A stretch of 64,000 bases of DNA from Candidatus Zhuqueibacterota bacterium (GTDB taxonomy: Bacteria > Zhuqueibacterota > Zhuqueibacteria > Thermofontimicrobiales > Thermofontimicrobiaceae). The notes beneath the pieces were generated by a model. That model saw only the letters and a program-made list of their open reading frames with translations. It searched no databases and had not been told where the DNA came from. Position numbers and translations under genes: made by a program. Shown in pieces: positions 17,604 through 26,513 of this stretch. Position 1 is the first letter of the stretch. Each line of letters opens with the position of its first letter. The stretch is taken from positions 456,567-520,566 of the forward strand of contig JBMOPW010000034.1 in assembly GCA_049322915.1 (NCBI GenBank), read 5' to 3'.

Positions 17604-18770
17604 ATGAAGCGTCAAGCAAAATTTTGGCAAGTAACCGTTGTGTTAATTCTGGCAGTTATTTTTTCTTGCGGAGGAGATAATAATATGATAACCAATGTCA
17701 ATGATTTGGTGCGCATCATGAAGAAACAGACTCAAATCGTGGTGCTCGGCGACGAAGCCGGCGCGCTGCTGGCCATTGCTCCGGAGTACGGCGGAAAGGT
17801 CGTTGCGCTCGGGCTGGATGGACTGCCGGGCAAGAATCTGATCTGGCCAAACCCGGCCCTGGCCAAACCTGAGTTCTGGGCTGGTGAAACTCGGAACTGG
17901 AATATTGGCGGCGCGCGATCCTGGATTTCTCCTGAGGCCACGTTCTATCTGGATAAGCAGCAGAACTGGTTCGTCCCGGAAGTTATGGATCCCGGCAAAT
18001 ACACGCTCGATTCGCGCGAGGCAAACCGCGTGGTCTGTTCCAATGATTTTGAGATAACGAATGTCGTGGATCAGGTCTATCACCTCAAGCTCGTCCGCTC
18101 TGTGGAACTGTTGACCAGCCCGTCGGAAGAGTTAGCCCCGGGAGTGCGCTACGTCGGTTTGAAATTCACCCACGAGCTGTACAATCTGTCCGATGTCACC
18201 ATCGGGAAGGACGTTGACCATGTGGGGCTGTGGAGTCTCATTCAACTGGATACGGCTGGCACCATGATCATCCCGATCACACGGGATTCGAGCCGCGCCA
18301 ATATCACCGTGCGCGATTACGGTCCGAAAAATTTCAACACGGTTCCCCCTGAACGACTGGCGACAGGGGACGATTGGGCCTCGGTGAAAATCGACGGGAA
18401 ATTCCGTTGCAAACTGGGCATTGCGCCCTGGGCCGCGCGAAACGGAATCGCCTATCTCTCTTACAAGCATGGCAGCGACGAGGGCATTCTGTACCTGAAG
18501 CAGTTCCATGTGGATCCGGCCGGATTGTATCTCGACCGTCCCTGGGAGCGCGCCTATGACTACGGCGACGCCATTCAGATGTATAACGACGACGGTCGCT
18601 TTGGCGGATTCTGCGAGATTGAATGTCATGGCCCGGCAAAAGATCTGGCCCCCAACGAAAAATTGGAGCAGACGGTTACATTTTCTGTCTACGTTGGCAA
18701 TCTGGCTGCGTTGAAAACAATCGCCGGCGAGAAGCTTGGCGTGAATATGGATGAGGTGAAATTGTACTAA
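17604..18770 (+). CDS. Putative lipoprotein, possibly DUF6786/aldose-epimerase-like beta-sandwich
   Basis: Lipobox-like IFS-C; IAPEYGGKV, WNIGGARSWISPE, YGDAIQMYNDDG, FCEIECHGPA; strong AGGAGG RBS. Confidence 0.6.
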   Translation: MKRQAKFWQVTVVLILAVIFSCGGDNNMITNVNDLVRIMKKQTQIVVLGDEAGALLAIAPEYGGKVVALGLDGLPGKNLIWPNPALAKPEFWAGETRNWNIGGARSWISPEATFYLDKQQNWFVPEVMDPGKYTLDSREANRVVCSNDFEITNVVDQVYHLKLVRSVELLTSPSEELAPGVRYVGLKFTHELYNLSDVTIGKDVDHVGLWSLIQLDTAGTMIIPITRDSSRANITVRDYGPKNFNTVPPERLATGDDWASVKIDGKFRCKLGIAPWAARNGIAYLSYKHGSDEGILYLKQFHVDPAGLYLDRPWERAYDYGDAIQMYNDDGRFGGFCEIECHGPAKDLAPNEKLEQTVTFSVYVGNLAALKTIAGEKLGVNMDEVKLY

Positions 18771-18793
18771 TCCGTGGTGAAATCCATGAGCAG

Positions 18794-18828
18794 GCCTGAC
18801 CGCAATGCATCGCGGCCAGGCTTTTTTT
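18794..18828 (+). terminator. Rho-independent terminator between convergent genes
   Basis: gcctgaccgc...gcggccaggc stem followed by a T-run. Confidence 0.7.
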
Positions 18829-20066
18829 TACTGTGTTACCGGCGCTGATTTGAACCGATGAAACGGAATGATTGCGACCATCAGCACGCCGAACAGCGCC
18901 ACAACGCTGATGGCGCTCAACGTCGTTTGCAGGCCCCAGCGATCCGCCAGCGCACCCACCGGTGTCATGAGCAATCCGGCCAATCCCCAGGCAGAGCCCA
19001 TCATCAGCGCGGAGATGAAACCGGCATTTTCAGGCATGATTTGCTGCCCCAGAAGGATATTCACCGATGTCGCAAACGTGAGCAGGAATCCCATCAGGCC
19101 AAGAATCGGCAGCGACCAGATGGCCGGAACGTGCAGGCAAGCAATGCCGAGCGGCAAAATAAAAATGAACGAGAGAAACAGGGTCTTTCGCGCGCCGAAA
19201 CGATCGTACAATCGCCCGCCAGCCAATATCCCTGCCGTTGCAAAAAATTGAAACACCGCCAGCGTCAATCCGCCGAAAAACGGCGTTTCGCCCTTCGACG
19301 TCATGTACAGCGGCATGAAGCCGGAGAAAGACAGAATCAGAATGGCCCGGAACACCACGAGGCTGTGAAGCAGCGTAATGGTGTACCAGTTGGACTTTAC
19401 GGCGGCAGCGAGGTTGGTCTTTTTGCGTTGCTCCTTTGCCACGCTGGCAGTACGACTGAAAAATGAGGCGGAATACAGGAACAGCAGAAGCGCCGGCAAA
19501 ATGGTCAAGACCGAAGCTTTCAAACCCAGAGAGTTCGTGAGCGGAATGATGACCACTGACCCAACAGCCACGCCCAGTGCGCCAGCCATGTTATAGACCG
19601 ACATGGTAAATCCTTTGGATCGATAGGTCAATCCGCCGACCAGGGCTGCGGACTGGGGATGAAAAGCGGCTGTGCCGAATCCGCTGCCAACCAGGATGAG
19701 GACGAGCGTCCAGTACTGATTGACCCAGCCGATGAATCCCAGGAACAGAGCCGTGATGATCGGGCCGAAAATGAGGAAATAATTACGTCTCATCCGGTCG
19801 GAAAATGCGCCGGCCAGTGGCTGGAGCAGAGAGTTGGAGATCGAAAAAATGGATAGCAACAATCCGGCCAGAGTCAGGGTCAGATTGAGCCTGATAACGA
19901 TGATTGGCAATAGCGGCGCTAAAAAACCATTGTAAAAATCGGTCACAAAATGCCCGATTGTGGCGACCCAAAATTTTTGCCGGGCGTCAGAATTCGGACT
20001 GCCGGTTGCTCCGGCGAGAGTTGTGTTTACAGTGAGCGTTGTTGCAGGCACGGTTTTCCATTTCAT
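18828..20066 (-). CDS. MFS transporter (Fsr/fosmidomycin-resistance-like)
   Basis: GHFVTDFY, QPLAGAFSDR, GTAAFHPQS, GGRLYDRFG; about 12 TM segments. Confidence 0.88.
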   Translation of the reverse strand: MKWKTVPATTLTVNTTLAGATGSPNSDARQKFWVATIGHFVTDFYNGFLAPLLPIIVIRLNLTLTLAGLLLSIFSISNSLLQPLAGAFSDRMRRNYFLIFGPIITALFLGFIGWVNQYWTLVLILVGSGFGTAAFHPQSAALVGGLTYRSKGFTMSVYNMAGALGVAVGSVVIIPLTNSLGLKASVLTILPALLLFLYSASFFSRTASVAKEQRKKTNLAAAVKSNWYTITLLHSLVVFRAILILSFSGFMPLYMTSKGETPFFGGLTLAVFQFFATAGILAGGRLYDRFGARKTLFLSFIFILPLGIACLHVPAIWSLPILGLMGFLLTFATSVNILLGQQIMPENAGFISALMMGSAWGLAGLLMTPVGALADRWGLQTTLSAISVVALFGVLMVAIIPFHRFKSAPVTQ

Positions 20067-20359
20067 TTTTTTTAACTACTCAGCCTCTAAGTCTCTAAGT
20101 CACAAAGAATAAGTTATGTCGAAAATGTTCGATTCAGAAAAAATGAATTTGGTTTGGAGAATAATCAATAATCTTACATCGTAAGAATGAATAAAAAACT
20201 GGCATCTTCGTGACTTTGAGGCAAGAATACCTGACTGAATTGTAACCATTTTTTTATGAAATCAGTTCGATGCAAAAAGGGACGGTTGCCGGTCAGGCAT
20301 CGTTTCACCATCGGGTCAACGGACATTTTTCCTGAACCCGGGGGTCCTGCCTTTTCCGA

Positions 20360-21310
20360 TCAATGGGCGGTCAATTCATCCAATAACAGCCTGATTTTTT
20401 CCCGATCATCTTCCGCGATGGTAAATCCGGCGCCGCCGATATTTTCTTCGGCCTGGTCTGCGTTTCGCGCGCCGACAATCGCTGCCGTCACCGCAGGATG
20501 ATGCAGCACCCAGGCCACAGCAAGTTGCCCGACAGTCTTCTGATACTTCGCCGCGATGGGTCGAAGCGCCTCGACAAATTCCAGATTGCGCGTGAGTTTG
20601 GGCTCCCGAAAATCCTCGATTTTCGGTCGCCAATCGCCGGCTTGCAGCCGGGACGCATCGAATTTGCCGGATAACAGGCCGGAAAACATCGGGCTGTACG
20701 CGATGACGCCGATGCCGTTTGTCTCGCAAAATGGCAGAATATCTTTTTCAATCCCCCGGGCCAATAAACTGTACGGCGGTTGCAAGGAATCGATGGGATG
20801 AAGCGACTGGCATTTTTCCATCAACGCGACGTCGAAATTGGACACGCCGAGATAGCGGACTTTGCCCTCCTGTTTGAATTTGATCATCTCTTCCCATGAT
20901 TTTTCGACCGGGGTCTTCGGGTCCGGCCAGTGAAATTGGTAGAGATCGATCTGCTCGCGCTTCAGCCGTTTGAGGCTCGCCTCCAATTCACGCCGGATAC
21001 TTTGGGGCGTGAGATCGTTGCGGACTCTCTTTCTGTCATCCCAAGCCAGACCGCACTTTGTGGCGATGAACACCTTCTGTTGCATTCCCTCCAGCGCCCT
21101 GGCGACAATTTCCTCGGAGTGGCCCAGTCCGTACACTGCGGCCGTGTCGATCCAGTTAATGCCGCGCTCAATGCTCGCCCGAATTGCGGCGATGGACTGA
21201 GCGTCGTCCTGCTTGCCCCATCCCCAGGCCCAGGGACCGCCAATGGCCCACGCGCCCAGACCGATGGTCGTCAGGGCCGGGCCGTTGCTGCCCAATTTTC
21301 TGGTTTCCAT
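20360..21310 (-). CDS. Aldo/keto reductase
   Basis: IGLGAWAIGG, WIDTAAVYG, IATKCG, IDLYQFHWPD, GVSNF, IAYSPM, IVGARN. Confidence 0.95.
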   Translation of the reverse strand: METRKLGSNGPALTTIGLGAWAIGGPWAWGWGKQDDAQSIAAIRASIERGINWIDTAAVYGLGHSEEIVARALEGMQQKVFIATKCGLAWDDRKRVRNDLTPQSIRRELEASLKRLKREQIDLYQFHWPDPKTPVEKSWEEMIKFKQEGKVRYLGVSNFDVALMEKCQSLHPIDSLQPPYSLLARGIEKDILPFCETNGIGVIAYSPMFSGLLSGKFDASRLQAGDWRPKIEDFREPKLTRNLEFVEALRPIAAKYQKTVGQLAVAWVLHHPAVTAAIVGARNADQAEENIGGAGFTIAEDDREKIRLLLDELTAH

Positions 21311-21787
21311 GCGTCTCCTTCCATTAACTTCTATAGCCATGAATTTAAGTTAATGCAACGACCCTACACCGGAAATGTTCCGGCCAGCTTTTTCATTTTT
21401 TTCATTCAGTAGCTAACAAATATTATGAACCTTCCGATATTAAACATGTAAGTCAAACCTGCGTTAAGTGACTTAACGTAAAAATACCTGAGACAAAATT
21501 TTCGTAACGACTCAGCTCATGTATTCCAGAAGCCGCTGGTCAGCAGGCTGGGTGATTGTTGAACCGCCGCCATGCTTCAAAATGGTGATATTCGATGTGC
21601 GCTCAGAATTTAGCCGCTTCAGCGGCGACCCTGACATTTCAAAATATTTAACACCTGAGTCGTTTCAAATTTTTCACTGCAAAGGTGAAAATTTACCAGA
21701 GAGAAACTGAATCTGACGGGGGCTGCCTGGTTCTATTCGGTAACAGCGCGTCCATTGACTCGCAATTTTCAGGAGCGATGAAAAGGC

Positions 21788-22747
21788 ATGAATGAAAAAA
21801 TAATTGAAATAAAGTACCTGGGCAATAAAAAACTCATTCCTAAACCGGGCGTCACCTACACCATTGGTCGCGAACCGGGGAATGAAATCATCCTTCCGGA
21901 CTCGACTGTCTCGCGCAAACATGCGTCCATCACCTTCAACGGCAAAGACTGCCTGATCCGGGATTTGAACAGCCGCAATGGCGTTTTTGTGAATGACAAA
22001 AAAGTGCTGCAAGCGAGACTGAAAGACCACGATTTGATCACCATTGGCGGGATACCCATCACCATTGTTGCGAAGCCGGATGTGACGGCGACTTCAGGGA
22101 TGGCAAAAAATGAATTCCAGAGCCGAAGCGATGACTCGATTCTCATTCATCGGAAATTCGATGAACTGCTGAATCACGTGGAAAAGGGCAGCCCGCTTGC
22201 CAAAGAATTGAAAGATATTCACGAGGCCGTTTCGCAGAGCCGCAAGCGCTTGAAAGCCGCGGCGACTATCGATTCGCTCACAGGAATTTACAATCGCGGT
22301 TATTTTGACAAATTGCTGAAGTCCGAGATACTCCGCAATGCGCGATACGAACATCCGGTGTCGCTCCTGCTCATTGATATTGACAAGTTCAAGGATGTCA
22401 ACGACGAATATGGCCACCAGCAGGGTGACAGAATTTTGAAATGGATTGCTGACTTGCTCAGAAAAATCGTTCGTCAAACCGACGTTGTGGCCCGCTACGG
22501 GGGCGAAGAATTCACAGTGATTTTGCTCGAGACGGAATTGAACAACGCCACCAAAGTTGCGGAGAAAATTCGGGAGAAAATTGCTGTAACCAGTCAGTTC
22601 GAACTGGTGAAGCCGATCACTGTCAGCATTGGGATTTCCAATTACCCGGAGAATGGTTTCATCGACAAAGAAATCATCCGCGCGGCGGACATCGCTCTTT
22701 ATCATTCCAAACAGCACGGCAGGAACCAGGTGACTGTGAGCAAATAA
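21788..22747 (+). CDS. FHA-domain diguanylate cyclase (FHA-coiled coil-GGDEF)
   Basis: FHA motifs IGR, SRKHA, DLNSRNGV; DSLTGIYNR; DIDKFKDVND; RQTD I-site and RYGGEEF. Confidence 0.92.
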   Translation: MNEKIIEIKYLGNKKLIPKPGVTYTIGREPGNEIILPDSTVSRKHASITFNGKDCLIRDLNSRNGVFVNDKKVLQARLKDHDLITIGGIPITIVAKPDVTATSGMAKNEFQSRSDDSILIHRKFDELLNHVEKGSPLAKELKDIHEAVSQSRKRLKAAATIDSLTGIYNRGYFDKLLKSEILRNARYEHPVSLLLIDIDKFKDVNDEYGHQQGDRILKWIADLLRKIVRQTDVVARYGGEEFTVILLETELNNATKVAEKIREKIAVTSQFELVKPITVSIGISNYPENGFIDKEIIRAADIALYHSKQHGRNQVTVSK

Positions 22748-22769
22748 TTTGTGAGATAATTCAGAGGGT

Positions 22770-24257
22770 ATGATAGAACAAAAGACAATCAGTTCGTTTG
22801 AAATCTATGAAGAAATCGGAGACGGCGGAATGGCGCAGATTTACAAGGCCCGCCAGTCTTCGTTGAATCGATTTGTTGTTTTGAAAAAGTTGAAACTTTT
22901 GACGCCGGAGATGATTCAACGGTTCGAAAAAGAGGCCATTGTGACGGCGTCCTTCTCCCAGGAGAATATTGTTTCGACCTACGATTTCTTCAAATCCGGC
23001 CAGGATTACTACATGGTCATGGAATACATCAATGGCATGGATTTGAAGACGATTCTTTCGACTACATCGCCTCTGCCGCCGACCATTGCCGCCATGATTA
23101 TCCGGGAAGTCGCCCGCGGACTGGAATATGCGCACGACCACAACACCATTCATCGCGATATCAAACCCAGCAATGTGATGGTTTCGGAACGGGGCGAAGT
23201 GAAAATCATCGACTTCGGCCTCGCCAAGAACGAATCGCCAAACGAGCTCACCAAAACAGGGGTGATCGTCGGGACGCCGACCTATCTCTCGCCGGAACAA
23301 TTGAATGGCGAAGAACTCACCGAACAGACCGACATCTATTCTCTCGGCGTCATGTTTTACGAGTTGGTCACCGGGTTCCGACCCTTCACTGCCAGCACCA
23401 ATACCGAGTTGTTCACGCTCATCAGTCAGGGTAAATTCCGCTCGCCTCGCGTTTACAATAAAAAATTCCCCCGCAAATTGACGAGAATCATCCAACGCGC
23501 CATGAACCGTTCACTGGAAAAACGCTATTTGCGCGTCTCGGACATGATTCAGGACATCAATAAATTTCTGAAATGGGAAAACCAAGTGAATATCAAGCAT
23601 CGGTTGAGCGATATGATGCGACTGATCAAATCGATGCACATCAGCGAAACCATGTCCATTCCCCGCCCTGATTCCCAGGAGCTACCGCTGCCGCAGCCCC
23701 GACGCTGGAAGCCGGTTTTTGTGGCGTTCATCCTGATCGCCATGATTGGCGCGGGTGGGTATTATGGATTTAAAGAATATGCCAGAAATTATCTGGGGAC
23801 AGTAGTCATGAAAATCAATGTCCCGGAAGGGATAGTGATTCAGGATGACAAGAAGCAGTATGAATTCAAAGGGGGCGTCATTCGGTTCAACCACGTCATC
23901 GCCGGGTCCCATTCATTTCGCATTTCCGCCGGCGATCTTTTCACCATTTTCGAGGGCGTTTACAAAATCAAGGCCAACGCCGTGGATACGTTGAAAATTG
24001 ATTTGATTAAAAAAAGCGAGCGCGCGTTGCTCACCATTAATTCCAATCCCAATGGAGCGCATGTGTATATCAATGGCCAATTCTGGGGGAAAAGCCCGAT
24101 GGAGAAAGAGAAGGTGACTACCGGCACGCACAAGATCGAATTGATTTACCCCGGCTATGAAAACTGGAAGGCGCGGAAAGAGTTTCGGATCAATGAGGAT
24201 TTACATCTGTTCATTAACCTGAACAAGATTAATCATGAGCTGTTCAGCAAACAGTGA
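22770..24257 (+). CDS. Hanks-type Ser/Thr protein kinase with TM segment and C-terminal PEGA domain
   Basis: GDGGMA, HRDIKPSN, DFG, GTPTYLSPE, DIYSLG; TM VFVAFILIAMIGAGG; PEGA LTINSNPNGAHVYING...G.H.IEL..PGY. Confidence 0.92.
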   Translation: MIEQKTISSFEIYEEIGDGGMAQIYKARQSSLNRFVVLKKLKLLTPEMIQRFEKEAIVTASFSQENIVSTYDFFKSGQDYYMVMEYINGMDLKTILSTTSPLPPTIAAMIIREVARGLEYAHDHNTIHRDIKPSNVMVSERGEVKIIDFGLAKNESPNELTKTGVIVGTPTYLSPEQLNGEELTEQTDIYSLGVMFYELVTGFRPFTASTNTELFTLISQGKFRSPRVYNKKFPRKLTRIIQRAMNRSLEKRYLRVSDMIQDINKFLKWENQVNIKHRLSDMMRLIKSMHISETMSIPRPDSQELPLPQPRRWKPVFVAFILIAMIGAGGYYGFKEYARNYLGTVVMKINVPEGIVIQDDKKQYEFKGGVIRFNHVIAGSHSFRISAGDLFTIFEGVYKIKANAVDTLKIDLIKKSERALLTINSNPNGAHVYINGQFWGKSPMEKEKVTTGTHKIELIYPGYENWKARKEFRINEDLHLFINLNKINHELFSKQ

Positions 24258-24276
24258 CGTGCAGCCTTGAAACTGA

Positions 24277-24317
24277 ACAGCCTCCGATCGTTCGCCAATC
24301 GGAGGCTGTTTTGTTTT
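24277..24317. terminator. Bidirectional terminator between the kinase gene and htpG
   Basis: aacagcctccgat / atcggaggctgtt 13-bp stem with T-rich tail. Confidence 0.8.
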
Positions 24318-24330
24318 GAATGACTTGCAC

Positions 24331-26253
24331 TCAGTTCGATGGAATATTATGCTCTTTCAAATACCAATCAGTCGCATCTTTGAGCACGGATTGAAAGACC
24401 GGGACCATTTTATTGGGGTCAAATAGAAATCCGTCCTGAATTTGCGCGCTGTAAAACAACTGCTCCGACGCCTTCACCAGGTACTCATCTTTGGGATCAT
24501 TCATAAACATGGTCAAAAGATTCCGCACAATCGGATGTTCGCCGTTAATTTCCAGAACCTTCCTGATCGGCGTCATATCCTGATTGACGCTCTTCAAAAT
24601 TTTCTCCATTTGGCCGGACATGCCGTCGTCTTTGGACACCAGCACCGCCGGGCTGCTTTTGAGTCGTTCGGACAGCCGCACTTCTTCCACCTGATCGCCG
24701 AGAATATTTTTGATGCGCGTGCAAAGTTTTTCCAGATCGCGTTTCTCGCTCTTGCGACGTTCCTGTTTCTCCTCGTCCTCCGGCTCTTCTTTTTCGCTCT
24801 TCACATCTTTCAGCGCATCCAGATCCGCCTGGTCTGCCGAACGGAGTTCCTTCTCTTTGAAACTGCGCAAGCCGCTCAAGACAAAATCATCGATGGGATC
24901 GAACAGGTAGAGCACTTCTATGCCCTTGCTTCGGAAAATTTCCAGATGCGGATTGTTTTCAATCGTGGCGCGATTCATCCCGGAGAGGAAATAGATGTGC
25001 TTCTGGCCATCCACCATCCTCCCGATATATTCGTCCAGCGAGCAGAGTTCTTCGCTGGATTTCATTACTGAGGAATTGAAGCGGAACAGCTCAGCGACTT
25101 TCTCCTGATTGGGAAAATCGGCGTACCCCTCTTTCAGAATGCGACCGAATTGCGCCCAGAACTCTTTGTAGGTGGCCGCGTCTTTCTCCGATATTTCTTT
25201 GAGATGACCCAAAATGCGCTTCACCAGCAGACTGCTGATTTTCATGATGGTCGTGTTTTCCTGCAACGTCTCGCGGGAAATGTTCAGCGGCAGATCCTCG
25301 GTATCCACGACGCCCTTGACAAAACGGAGATATTTCGGCAGCAGGTCTTGGTTCTCGGTTTGAATGAGCACCCGCTTCACGAACAAATTCACGCCGTGTT
25401 CTTTGGGGCTGAACCCCATTATTTCATAATTCGTTTTGGGAATGAACAGCAGGCTGTTGAGTTGAATCGGCGCATCGGCTGAAAAGTGAATCCAGCCCAT
25501 TGGGTCTTCACTGCTACTGGCGAAGAATTTATAGAATTCTTTATATTGCTCATCTTTCACCGAGGTCCGCGGTTCGCGCCATAACGCCGATATTTTATTG
25601 ACCTGCTCGCCATCCACAAAGATGGGGAACGGGACAAAATTCGAGTATTTTTTTATCACCTGTTCGATGCGATATTTCTCGGCAAATTCCTCGGCGTCGC
25701 CGCGCAGATGAAGCTCAATTTTAGTGCCGCGAGGCGCATGTTCAATCTTCTCGATTTTGAATGTGCCGCCGCCATCGCTGGTCCATTCGCACGCCTCGGC
25801 ATCCTTCAGGTACGACCGCGTCGTGATGGTCACATTATCCGCTACCATGTACACGGAATAGAAACCAACGCCAAATCGACCGATTAAATCCGGTCCCTGC
25901 GGATCGGTTTCAGTGACATTTTTCAAAAATTCAGTCGAGCCGGAATGGGCAATGGTGCCGATGTTTTCGATCAATTCTTCACTCGTCATACCAATGCCGC
26001 TGTCCGTGATGATGAACTTCTTATTGTCCTTATCCAAGTTGATGCGTATTTCAAACGGATTATCAGCCTGGTAAATTTCTTCTCCGCGAATGCTCTGGAA
26101 CCGGACTTTGTCCAGCGCGTCGCTCGCATTGGAAATCAATTCCCGAACAAAAATCTCGCGATTGGTATACAGCGACCGCGCCAGTATGTCCAACAACTGC
26201 TTGATCTCCGCTTTGAATTTGTATGTTTTCCTGCCTGTTGCTTGTTCTGTCAT
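24331..26253 (-). CDS. htpG: Molecular chaperone HtpG (Hsp90)
   Basis: RELISNASDALDK, ITDSGIGM, IGTIAHSG, IGRFGVGFYS, DLPLNISRE; AGGAGG RBS. Confidence 0.97.
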   Translation of the reverse strand: MTEQATGRKTYKFKAEIKQLLDILARSLYTNREIFVRELISNASDALDKVRFQSIRGEEIYQADNPFEIRINLDKDNKKFIITDSGIGMTSEELIENIGTIAHSGSTEFLKNVTETDPQGPDLIGRFGVGFYSVYMVADNVTITTRSYLKDAEACEWTSDGGGTFKIEKIEHAPRGTKIELHLRGDAEEFAEKYRIEQVIKKYSNFVPFPIFVDGEQVNKISALWREPRTSVKDEQYKEFYKFFASSSEDPMGWIHFSADAPIQLNSLLFIPKTNYEIMGFSPKEHGVNLFVKRVLIQTENQDLLPKYLRFVKGVVDTEDLPLNISRETLQENTTIMKISSLLVKRILGHLKEISEKDAATYKEFWAQFGRILKEGYADFPNQEKVAELFRFNSSVMKSSEELCSLDEYIGRMVDGQKHIYFLSGMNRATIENNPHLEIFRSKGIEVLYLFDPIDDFVLSGLRSFKEKELRSADQADLDALKDVKSEKEEPEDEEKQERRKSEKRDLEKLCTRIKNILGDQVEEVRLSERLKSSPAVLVSKDDGMSGQMEKILKSVNQDMTPIRKVLEINGEHPIVRNLLTMFMNDPKDEYLVKASEQLFYSAQIQDGFLFDPNKMVPVFQSVLKDATDWYLKEHNIPSN

Positions 26254-26513
26254 CTGACACACCTCCTGATAAATATTTCACCCAATACAAGTTATTATAA
26301 AATAAAACATTGCTTTCGAGTCAGCGGTCGGGTTGAAACCGGACAGCAGCGGTATTTTAAAAAGAGAACGCTCTGCTGAAAAACCAACTCCCGTCACTGC
26401 GACCGATTGTATTTGATGATTAAGAATTCAAAAAGATGTAACGCCAATCCACAAAATTGAATTTTCAATCTGCCAATGCCCGCCAATTTTTCTGCCAATT
26501 GCGGGCCATTCAC

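Noticed and set aside
21480..21787. c-di-GMP riboswitch upstream of the FHA-GGDEF gene
   Set aside because: No GEMM-type GGCAAAC...GAAA...GACGCAAAGC pattern found on either strand
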